64,000 nucleotides of DNA, taken from contig DF237023.1 of NCBI GenBank assembly GCA_000708835.1, positions 124,001 through 188,000 on the forward strand, given 5' to 3'. Below the pieces are notes generated by a model. The model was not told the origin of the DNA. It made no database searches and saw only the letters and a list, made by a program, of their open reading frames with translations. How positions within the stretch are numbered: position 1 is the first letter of the stretch; each line of letters opens with the position of its first letter. The position numbers and the translations under genes were made by a program. The stretch comes from Klebsormidium nitens (Eukaryota; Plantae; Klebsormidiophyceae). Positions 10,645 to 22,600 of the stretch are shown in pieces.

Positions 10645-13600
10645 CTACGGTTTGTAGATGCGCAAGATACTGCTGACAGGTCGCCTGCAGAAGGGGCATC
10701 TTCCACCAACTCCGACACCGCAGGTGGTACAGAACAAGTGACCTGAACGGCAACGGTGGTAAGATCAGCCGACGATTTTTCTCATAAACAAGCAGAGATG
10801 CTCTATCTCAGCTACGGTGCTCCTTCGTGCCAGCTTCATGACCTGCTACTCGCCGCGCAACTTTTGTGAAGAGGCTAAAAGAGTAAGAGGAAAAGAAACA
10901 ACGTTTGCTTCTTTCGACCAGCAAATCAGGGTCTTTGCAGCAATGGATTCAAAAGCTCAACAAATACGTTACGCCGCCTGCCACGCACCAGATCCACAAA
11001 TCTCGAGCGGCCGTGTTCGTCAAATGGCACACGAACCCACTATGAGCGATCCCCTTGGAACAAAGCTCTGGAAAACAATGTAGAAAAGGTGGGTGCGTCG
11101 CCAATGCGTTACGAATGTTATTGACGCTCATCAAGCATACAACCGACTGTTATGCACGGACCAAACTCTTTGATTCCGTCCAGTTCGTCAGCCACGTGTC
11201 CTCACCACACGGCACTAGCGCCGACGTCACCTCCTCCCCCAGGCACACCTTGCACGTCCACGCGCTCTTGGCCGCCTCGACCTCGCGCTGCGCCTCGCAC
11301 ACGCGCGACTCCGCGCCCTCGAGCAGCGTCTCCGCTGCGCCTAGTTGCTCTTGCAGCCCCAGCGCGCGCTCCATCAGCGCGCCCTCCTCCAACCCCAGCG
11401 GCAAATCCGCCGCCGCCAGCATGTCCGCCACCGCTTGGACCACCTCCGACGGTTTTACCGGGGCGCTGCCAGCTGTCGCTGCCCTGCCGCCAGCTGTCGC
11501 CATTGCACCCCCACCCGCCGCAGCCGCTGTGCCAGCTATTGCGGCCGCACCATTCTCTGCCCCACGGCTCGCTTCTTGGCGAGGAGCAAAGGGCCCCATA
11601 GAAGCTGCTGGCGACGAAAATTGGGCACGAGATTGTTCCGCCGGTCCCGNNNNNNNNNNNNNNNNNNNNNNNNNNNNNNNNNNNNNNNNNNNNNNNNNNN
11701 NNNNNNNNNNNNNNNNNNNNNNNNNNNNNNNNNNNNNNNNNNNNNNNNNNNNNNNNNNNNNNNNNNNNNNNNNNNNNNNNNNNNNNNNNNNNNNNNNNNN
11801 NNNNNNNNNNNNNNNCTCTGCCCCACGGCTCGCTTCTTGGCGAGGAGCAAAGGGCCCCATAGAAGCTGCTGGCGACGAAAATTGGGCACGAGATTGTTCC
11901 GCCGTCCCGGGAACAGGGCCTCCGTCCGGCGAGGAGGCGCTACGGAAGGAGAAGACGGCACTGGAGAGGAGGTCCTGCACATGCCCCGGGCGCGTCTCGA
12001 GCGCCACGTAGTAGAGCGCCTGGCCGGACGGCGCGCGGACGTCCTGGGCGATGCGGCCGTAGCGCAGGACGCCGGCCTCGGACGGGCCGGGCTGCCAGGC
12101 AACCACCTGCGGGGAGAACGGAGACAGAGAGGCTTAGATCGAGAAATCGTCTCTACACGGAAGGCCCCGTAATGCTGACAGCTTGAGAAGGACCGGGCTG
12201 CGAAACGACCACCTCCGAGAAGGTGCATGACCACTGTGATGTGAGGAAGTGTCGAGTGGTAACGGTGGGAATCTGGTCATCTGCAGATTCTGTTGACGAC
12301 GTGTGCAGAGTGCAACAGTCTCCAACCCAAAGTTTTCGAAGCTCCGCTATCTGCAGAATGGTCTTAGCTTGGTCAGAGCATCCTTTTCGAAAGAAGCCTC
12401 GGGGACTAGGGGCCTTCCGATTGCGATGCCTTACCAGGTGACACAGCCAGGAATCTGCACGAGGATGCAGAATGAAACAGGAAACAGACAATAGATTGTA
12501 GACCCGTATAAAAAAACTGCGTCCGTTCCGTCTCACCTCGCCAGCATGGTACGGTCGCAGCGGGTGGCACTGCACCAGCGGCAGGTCCTCTAGCAGCAAC
12601 TTTTCCCCGGGCGCTCCGCTCCTCTGCGCGTCCCTCTGCCGCGCCCCCTCCTCGTCCGTCATTTCCTGCAGAGGAACGCGCAGCGCCCGGCACAGCGGAA
12701 TCACTTCTCCCGGGGGGGCGAACAGCAGGGCGCCCAGGGGGAGGGGAACCGGGGAGCTCAGCAGCCGGCTGAGCGCGCCCGAGAAGAGCTCCTGGAGGGG
12801 GAGGTATGATGGCGGCGCGGCGATGAACAGCATCCCCGAGCGCTGATCGAAGAACTCGTACACGGTGCGCTGCCGGGAGGGGGTGTGAACGCGGGGGGCT
12901 TGCCGGGGGGGCCGGGTGGGTGAGCTTTGGTGGGGGGGCTGGGATGCGCCAGGTGGCACAATGTCGTCGTGCGTTGGGACGGAAGAGTACGCACGTGACT
13001 GGGGTCTGGTCAGAGGGCCCGGCTCGCCTTGCGCGCTCTGAGGGACCCTCGCAATGAGGGGCTGGTTTTCGGTGAATTCGGACCCCCCTGCGCCCTCCGC
13101 GTCCTCTGACGTCATTCCGCTGAAGCTCGCACTTTCAGGGGGCATCTCTGCCGTACTTGCTTCCGCCTCCTGAGGTAACGCTTCGGGCCACTCCTCCCGG
13201 AGCGTTACGTCCTCTCGGCTGGGCAGCAGCACCAGCCGCGTGCTCAGCGTCTTTACCAGCCGGAGCCCGTCAGCCGCGCTGGCCAGAGCGGCTGCCACGT
13301 GGCGCCTCGTGACTTGCCGGAGGGAGGGCACGACGGCGGCGTGGCTGTGAACTAGAGCGGTGGCTGCTTTTACGAAGTCGGGGGCTTGGAGGCGGGACGC
13401 GATTTGGTCTCGGGAGAACGTTCCGAGGGAGGGGAGGTGCTCGGGGAACCAGGCTTGGTCGAGCTCCTGTAAGGGCAGAGGCAGGGGTGAGAAGGCAGAC
13501 GTCCAAGGTGCAGAGCGGTTCGACTCGGCCCGGCGGCGGATGCTAACAAGCAAGGGCACAAGGGATTCCATTGCAAGTCAAGCATAAGGGACATCATCTA

Positions 13601-16600
13601 CTCGAGCGATTTTTACATTCAAGCTGCACAATGAGAGTCGGGACAAGAACCCGGGACCATAATCGCGGAGCAACCTTCCAAGCCCCAGTAACAACTGCTG
13701 ACGTCCGATGCATAATACAATCTAAGAGGAATGCTTATACGAAACAGAAGAAAACCCAAACGACAAAGCAATGTGCATGGTGATGGCTCGAACAGCAAGC
13801 GGAAAATTGGACTCAAAACTCTAGACTGGCAGTCCGAAGCCGGAAGCTATGACCTGCTCCAATCCTTCAGCACTTTAAGAAGCAGTTACAGTCTTCATGC
13901 TTCCAGATAACGTGTGGACGCTGGAATAGTAGCAAAACCGACCCCTCGCCTCTAGAAACCGGTCAACTTGAAAAAAAAACGAGGAAAAAGAAAAACAAAG
14001 GAGGATCAATTCCGACAACGGCTGGAAACTTTGGATCCTGGCCTCCCCTACAAGAGCCACACGAAAGCGAACCCTGACGACCAACTTCGGACGCTCACCT
14101 CTTCCACGCTCTCGGACAGCTTCCGGACGCCGAGCCGCGCGGCTACATCCTCCAACAGCAGCGGGTGCGTCAGCCGGACCTTCCGGCCGTCGATCTCGTT
14201 CACCAGGCTCGCGCCCGCGGCGTCCGCGCAGATGACGTCATCCAGCCTCTGCAGACGCGCGCCCTCGTCCGGCACGACAATGCGCTCTTTTCGGACGGCG
14301 AGACCGCGGCTCCGGACGCTGCCCAGCTCTTCGGACGCCAGGGTGAGGATGCGCAGCACGGCGTGCAGCTCGTTGGGGTTGAGGCGCTCGCCGCCGGCGG
14401 CATGGGCGACCTGTGGGCAGTGGGAAGCTGGTGTTTGGTCGCCGAGCAATGGAAGAAGGGGTGGGTCGAAGGGAGAAGAACCATGTGAGGGGGCAGCTAG
14501 TGCGAAGTTGTCTGCTTGACGGACGAACAAGCCATTCGAATGCAGATCCACGCAAAATCAATGGGTGGTGTTCAGTACACCAGGAGTGTTGTATGATGAG
14601 AGTGTCCGTGGATCACCCCGACGTTGCACTGGGAAGACTGTCTCTGTTGCAAAGGATCATTGATGGGTAAGGAGAATGTATACGATCATCACAACAGACA
14701 CAAGCTTCTAAGACTCGTTATGCTTTTTGAAGGCACCTCATAACACCCTTACGATAACCCACCTCCGCAATCAGCTTCAGCAGCCCCTCCGACGTTGGCG
14801 CGTCCCCCGTTCCCAGCCCCTCCAAAACCCTGAGGTACGGTGTGAATAGCCGCGGCAGCTCGAATGCGAACGGCGTCAAGTCGGTGCGCGCGCGCGCGTA
14901 CAAACGATCCGGGGCCACCAGGCGCGTTCCGTTGGCAACCGGAATGAACGGAACGCCCCTCAGGAAGCCCCGCTCCGACACCGACAGCCCGTCCCACTTC
15001 GAATCCAAAAATCTGAAAACGGCCAGGAACGCGTCCTCGACTGACACGTGTCCCCCCGCCGTCCGCGCCCCTGTAATCCCCCCCCAGCGCGCCAGCACGT
15101 CTTCCCCCCCGTTTTGGCCAAGAGTTTTGAGGTGCGCGACTACGGTGGCGTAAGCAGGGGGGCTCCGCAGCTTCAGAGCACCCCACGCGAAGGCCGGGGG
15201 GATAACCTGCTCGCTTTTTAGAACCGGGGCGGAGCTCCAAGCCAGAGCCCAGTCTTTGGACAGCACCGATTCTTGGTAAGAAGCGAGAACCGTCCGCACG
15301 CTGGTTGTCCGGGCGCCCCCGCGGCCTGTTCGGACGTCCTTGAAAATGATCCTCTCTGCCGGGACGCACCCGATCTGACTGAAAGCTTCACAGAAGGCGG
15401 GACCGAACACGTTCGCAAATTCGCCCAGCATCTTCTCAATAAGCAGCCCCGCAACTTCGAGCAACTCCCTGTCGGTCCCCCCGCTAGTTGCCTCCGCCTC
15501 AGACGGGTTACCGCTAACCGGCGCCCGGTTATCCGTCCTCCTAAACCGGCTCTCGACACTCGTGACGGGGGGCAGCACCGCCGCCGAAGACCGGACCTCC
15601 CCCTTCGCCCGCGCCTCGATTCTTTTCCCGCACTCTAGATAGAGGCTTCCGTCCATGCTAGAACGTAGCCCGGCATCGCGAAGGATCGGAAGCCATCGTT
15701 CGGAGGCAAACTCGCCCCCGGCGAAGCGTTCCGGTTCGTCGAAGAACACCCGACGGAGGAGTGTGTTGCTTGGGTCCAGGAGGTCTGACGGCTTGTGGAG
15801 GGAGCGTTCCGTTCCGTCTGGCGAAGGGCCGGCGGACGGAACAAAGGCGGTTTCTTTGAGGGCGGCAACAACAGCTGGAACCTGTGAGAAAGGAGCATCG
15901 GCGAACAGTGAGGTTACAGCAGTAGACAGTGAAGCTGACAATCAGGGACCAACAAAGAGCACTCCAGGAAGCAAACAAACCAGGAAGAAGCCAGATGAAA
16001 GAGTCGGACGGTAAAACAGCCGTGAAAGGCCGCCCATTAAAGAGCAGCCAATTGAACTTGCGGTCTTTCCAGACTGTAGCCACCGTGCAACGGCAGTGCA
16101 GTCAGGTTAGGAACGGAAAGTGCCGGAAACTACCAGCAGAAAGCGCCTTAAAAGGACAATTTTTCGGCCTTTCTTGAGTTTTTGTGCTAAGGCAACGACT
16201 GCCCTTCCTTTGCAGGTGTGTGCAGAGCCCGAGCAAAAAACATCAAGACCAAAAAGAATCATCCATGACTGATCACAGGCTGCGGATACCAGTCAGGAGC
16301 CAACACCTGTAACGCCCGATGAACAACAAAGAAAGGGATGGACAACGAACAGAAAACCGAGAAAAGGAGGTCAAACTTTGGGACTCCAGAGACAGGCCAA
16401 ACAGGCACGGACGACGAAAAGAAAGGCCAGAAGACACGGTAAGAGCGCCGGACCTGCTTGAACCGGGCCCAGTGCGCCTGCAGGTGTCCGAGCGTCCGGT
16501 CCCGCTCCTCGCGGCTGCGGACGCCGAACTCCGGCAGCGCGTGCTCAGCCATGACGTCAGCATCCGTCAGCTCCTTCACTCCCAGCGCCGCGAACAGCCC

Positions 16601-19600
16601 CCCGGCATCTGCCCGGTACTCCAAAACCCTCTCCCGGGGCTTCAGAAACATCGCAGGGGGGACCGTGCAGTAGGGATTCGGACCCCCCGCAGGGAGGCTG
16701 ACGTGGTCGCCGGTGTGTGCGGTCTTGTAGATTGGGAGGGACTTGAGGAGGGTGACGTCAGCGGGGGTGTAGCGGTCGGGGCCATAGGAGCCGGCGAAGA
16801 CAGAGACCAGGGAGTCGCACTCTGAGGGGGTGAAGGTCAAACCTGGCAGAGCAGATAGGGAAAGTATTAGAGGACAGCTTCCGAGTCCTTCAACACAGAT
16901 AGAGAGGAGCCGCATTCAGAGACAGAGACGGAAGTGTGTAGCACGACGAGCAGAGTTCTAGGATGTGTCGTCTGCGCATCCCGTGAGAGCAAGGATCGGG
17001 ACGCTTGGGAAACTGTAAGCCTTCAACACAGAAGAAGCGCCAAGAAATTGGACGGGTCAAGAATCAAGATTAGCAATGCTGCCGGGAAAGAATTACCAGA
17101 TTTTTAGAACTAACTTTACATAAAAGATGGACGAAGGCCCGCATGCCGTACTCAGAAGTCTACTTTTTGATGATCTAAAAGAAACAACCTTTCATCGAGA
17201 TTGCTTACTTGACACGTCGAGAACGCGCGCCTGTTGCAGCGCCCCCAGGCGCGCCAGGAGGAGCTGCGCCACGTCCTTCCCGGGGGGGGGCTTCACCAGC
17301 CTCTCGCACACCCCCCTGAAACGGGTGTCGAAGATCGGGACCCCAATGCTCCGCAGAAGAGGCAGCAGCCACGGATGGGCCGCCGCCAGACGTGGGTAAC
17401 GAACCGCCGTCTCGGTAAGAGCTCTCCTGATGCTGACGTCATCTGGGGTGCTGACGTCAGCAGTCGTGCTGGCGTCGCGGGGGTTGCTGACGTCATGAGC
17501 AGTGCTGGCGTCCTCGGTGCCGCTGGTGGCAGCGGAAGTTTCGTTGGGGGCGGGTTGTGAAGGGCTCGTCGAATCGCGATTTCGCCTCGGATCCAACAGC
17601 GGGTCGGTCTCTTCTTCGCTGTCGGAATGGTTGTCCGGCGGGATCTCTGAAGCTCCCAGATCGCGCAAGAACGGGCCGTTGTCGTCCAACTCAGCCGGGG
17701 GGTAGAAAACAAGGTCTTTCTGGTCCCCCCGCACGAGCACCGTCTGCGCGCCCTGCACCGCTGGCAGCAGGTGCCACCGCCCGAACATGCCGCCGTCCAA
17801 CAGATGGGCGACATCTGGCGCGCTCCCTGCGGCGCCACGTGGCGCATCCCCATTCGCCCCGACCTCCCGCCAGAGCCGCTTCAGCCAATCGGGCGACGGC
17901 GCACTGGGCAGCGCGTGGGGGTGAGAGTCCCAGGGGACAATAATCGGAGTCCCTCTTATCGCCCACACTTTCGGCAGCGCACTTCCTAGGTTCGCTGCCA
18001 GCAGCTGCTGTGTGAAAAGCTTCAGGTTGAGCGCGCCCCGGAACTGGGGGTGCGAGAAGAGTGTGGAAAGAGACCCCCGCTGCGTGGCAAGCGAGTGCAC
18101 GAACTTGGGCGCCAGCCCCGGGAGGAGATTTTCCTGCGCAGGGGTCGCCAAAAACGCCTCCCCTCCAAGCCGGAACATTTCCCCAGAGGCTGCCGGACAC
18201 CGGACGCCGATCAACTCCGTCACTTTCTGGCCGTCAATTCGGACGACGTTCCCGTCCGCATCTCGCACCACCTCCTCAACCGGAGCGTCCGGAGCCCGCC
18301 TGGCGGGGGGGCCGTTTGCCTGGGCCCCGGGCCCCCCGCCGGCGGCTATCGCACCGGCGATGCTTGCGACGAAAGTGTCCGCAGCTCGAGCGGACCCCGC
18401 GCCGAACAACCGGTCGATGTCCGGAGCGAATGCGCTTTGCGATACGAGGGCCACCCCCCGGGGGGGTCCCCCGGCTGGCCCGGTCGCCCCCTGAGTGATT
18501 CTCCGGAGCTCGGCGGCCTGCGCACGGATCGCGGCCTCCTGTTCCCCTCGCCCTAGTTCCTCGGCCCGTGGCAACCGCTCCCCGCCGTTTGCATTCGGCG
18601 CCCTTTCCCTGTCGTTGTCTCTCCCGACCTCACGGGAGACCCCGTTCTGGTCGGGGGCTGGCTCGAGAGCCAGGGGGTCCGGTTTTAGAATCAGGTCTGC
18701 GCAGCAGTACTCGAGTAGGTCGACCTGAGTTAGCAGCGCTTGGTGGGGGTCCGGGAGTTGGTGGATCGCAGCGGTGGGGGAGCGTAGTAGAGAGCGAAGC
18801 ATCTTGGGGGTGAGGTCGCTGGTGGAAACGCCCGCGCCGTGCAACTCGTCGCGGATCTCCCAGGGCACGGCAAACACCTGCCGAGGGGAAAAAGAGAACG
18901 GGTTTGCAAAGGAAAGAGAATATGAATCTGCAATGCAGGCTGAACAGGTCCCGGAACCGGGTGAATAGAGCGGTGCGTCAAATAGGCAGTTCATCGACGC
19001 TTCGACCCTACGTTTAGGGAATCAAAGAGCCGAGTCTTTGCAGGATTTGATGACGCGAGCAGCGAGCAGCAGGAACGAATAAGCTTTGGTGACCGAATGC
19101 AGTGGTCTGAATCCGAGGATCTGTTGCACCAACTGAATACAAGTGTTGGAAACACTGAACGGGACGAATGATCTTAGGGAGCAGCCCAAACAAGTATAAT
19201 TGTCGTGAAAGAACAATCGAGTTTCTATCAGATCGCCGAATTCTGATGCTACGAACGTTGAATTCGAAGTAAGGTTCACTCTATGTAGCACTCGAGAACG
19301 ACTGATAATGTCGGAGCAAGCTCCGTAGATTCTTACACACGATTTCGCGATTGCTCCATGAAGAGTTTCATGCCGCTGCAAACTAGGATGGCCTGTTTCT
19401 TGGACGCTGCAAAGTCGAAGAAGCAAAAGCATGTAGCAACTGAAAGATGAGGAGAATGGCGTGCCAAGCCTACCTGGTAGTGCTGGTGCAAGAACTGGAG
19501 AACACTGGCAGGCGGCACGACCCCCTGCCGCTCTTGAACTGCCGGGGGCGCCAGAAACATGCCCTCGCCAATCTTCGCCCGTACCCCGGTCTGGAGCAGA

Positions 19601-22600
19601 AACAGGGGCAGCTGTGCTAGGAGCCCATACATCGGCCGGACGAGCGTCTCTGCAAGAACCGAGTCGTCCGGTTGTCCGGTGAGAGCCGCGATGGTGAATC
19701 GGGGCCAGTAAGAATACAGCCGCTCGGGGGTCATCGGGGGAACCATTACTGGCTCGAGCCGACCGTTCCCGCCTTGGGGGCGCTGTGGCTGTGACGTCTG
19801 GGGGTTGCTTGCCCGGTGTAAATGCACGAGAAGCTCGACGTACGCTTCTCGGACGCACAGCAAGAGCTCTCGGTTCCAGTTGAGGCGAAGAAAGTCGGGG
19901 GACGGCTGGTGAGGATCGGCCGAGTGGGGAGGCGCATTCACACCGCGCTGGAACAGCTGGCGCCCAGAGGTGGTTTTAGCTGGTAGGAAGTGGCCAGAGA
20001 GGATCACCGGGAGGCCTTCTCCTCCGCATATCGGCAGCCCCAGGTGAACCGCACTAGCGTGGGGGATCCGCGAAGAAGGGGTGAAGTCGAGCGGCAAGCT
20101 CTGCAGCTTGGGTTCTTCTCGAACAGCGTCCGAAGGGGAGGAAGTGCCCTCGTTCTCCTCCAAGGTCAAAGAGTCGCCGTTGGGCGTTCGCCCCTCCTCC
20201 TCTCTTTCTTCAAAATGAGCCCATCCCTCTCCGCCGTCTGAACTTCTCTCGTGAGCTACCGACGAGTTTTCTGCGCCACCGTTCGCTGCGCCACCCACAT
20301 TCCCTCCGTTCGAACCTCTTTCCGGCTCTGCACTCACGGCCGCAGGGTGGGGTATGGGCATCCCGTCACGCATGACGTGTGCGGCCACTCCCCCGACCGG
20401 AACTAGGTTGAGCGACAAATACTTGCGGTCGAGGGACATGTCCCGGGTCTTCCCGGAGCCGAGAGCTTGTACCACGAGCCACTCGTCTAGCACCGGCTGA
20501 GGGTTTTGAGCGGAGGAGGTTTCGACGGCGATGCGGTTGGTGCGGACGACGGAGGACTGTCCGCTGAAGAGGCTGCTGATGGCGAACTTGCTGCGCTTCT
20601 TCTGCTGATCCTGGAACGGCTGCACACGAGAAGGGGGGACGATTGAGGCTCAACATTGAGAGAGAGTGGCTGTCTTCGTATCAATTAAGGGGCCAGGATC
20701 TCTGGCCCACCGGATTTCGAGATTTCGATCGTTGAAAAGGAACTGCGAAGAAGTCCGGAGAGACGTTTTCAAGTAAGACTGGTCTAATGAATACAGTTCT
20801 GATCAGAATTGAAACTGGTTTGGGAACGTTTCGGACAGGAAAAGACGACGGAAACAACACTTAAGAAGTTGAGGAAGCCAACTATTGTGAAAGGAGGAAA
20901 CATGCGGGGACGATCAGCAGATTCGAGGCAGCTTGGCTGCATAAGAAGAAAAGCAGCAAAGGAACATGTCACAAGATACGACACGAAAGCTGTCAAAAGT
21001 TGCGGGCAACCGCAACACAACCCACTAGGTGCACAGGTGCGATCGCCAATCACGGGGTCGAGCTGAAGGGAACAAAATTGCATGCCATTGTGCTCATTCA
21101 GTGGGACTGTAAGCTCACGGCTTTGTACCACCTCGCGACCAGAAGACGAGACGGACGAGCTCAGAAGCCGTCACAGCACCGCAAAGAGAGCCGTGCAACT
21201 TGTGGCAGATTTGACTGACGACATATAAAAGAACGGAAAAGTAGAAAGGACGAAGAATGCAGCTGTGCCCACCTGTCTCAGCTCCACATGCTGCGGCAGA
21301 ATGGCGCACCGCAGCACCTCCTGAGCTCTGTCGCTTCCCGGCTGGTAAACTCTTACCGCCACCTCCTCCACAGTCCGCAGGAACAACAGAGACGGCGCCA
21401 CGTGTTCCTGGAAGAAGTCAACCGCTTCTCGGACGTCCGTCGAAGCGCCCGGCTGATTTTCGGACGCCACTCTCAGGGGCAGCCGGATCACCGTGCCCTC
21501 CGACTGAGTTACGGCCAAACCGGACTGCGAATCCGGCGTTAACCCCAGGGGCGCCAACTGGTCAGCAAAGCGGGTTACCAGGTCCGTTCCGGTCAGTGAG
21601 TACGCCTTCCCGGTAGGGCCTTTCCTCTTTCCAATTTCGCCGGTTGGAGACGCAGTCAGAATGTTTCCCTGAGGGTCGAACATGTAGAGCAGCCCCCCCG
21701 AAGCGATGAACGGTAAATCCGTCAGCGAGAAACAGCTCAGAAGCGCGCTCCCGTAGGTGCAGTTCCGTCCACGAAGTTTCGCAGGAGGGGAGGCGAAGAG
21801 CGCGGAAAGTTCTTGGACGCTGAGGGGGGGCCCGTCCATGCGGAAAACGACCCCCGGGCCCTGGAACGGCGCCAAGTTCGGCTGGAGCAAACTTTGCCGA
21901 GGGTGTTCCCGACCGTCGATCAAAATCTCGACCCTCCGGGCGCCTGCCACGTCAGCAACCTCCAGCAGGTCAAACAGCACCAGCTTGGGTTCGTCGGTAA
22001 CGGCGCGTGTTAGCTCCAAACCGGGGCACGGCACGTCGCTCGTCATTTCTTGGTCGACCAAAAACATGTAGCGCAGGGAACGCGCGCCCAGTTTCTCGGC
22101 GACTTCGTTTGAAACGTCCGGGTGCACCAACCGGGGCCCCGTTTCCGCATCCCCGGCCAGCCAGGAAGCGTCGTTGAAGACCAGATCTTCCGCTCGGGAA
22201 AGCCTTCCGGTTTTGTCGGGGAGCAGAATCGAGGTCACCTGGGCAGGCCCCGGGTCATCCGCTAAGACATCCAAAACGCGGAAGACCACGTTCAGTTGCT
22301 CGCTCGGCAACGGTTCTCCGTTGGCGTCCCGCGCCATCCGGAACAGCATCTGCGCGTAGTCCCGCGCCGCAAACCGTTTCCGCACCTCCAGAGCTTCCAG
22401 CAGCCGCCTGTGGGGGGCCAGCTCCGACGGGATCGTGTAGAGGTATGGGTGGAAGTTGGCGGGCGACTCGAAGGCGATGCTCCGCGCCGAGACGAAGCCG
22501 TTCCCCACCCAGACGCAGTTGCTTCCCTCGAGCGAAGCTCTCACGACTTCGAACTCCTCGGTTGCGACAACATTTTGAAGCGCCGTGTAAAGCGTCGAAA

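Noticed and set aside
11206-13466. DnaJ or HEPN domains expected from animal sacsin
   Set aside because: No HPD motif or HEPN signature seen in the translated C-terminal exons.
17430-17520. Short internal repeats in sacsin linkers (DAST..DVS; also ANPS repeats at about 27160-27220)
   Set aside because: Low-complexity coding linkers that need no further explanation.
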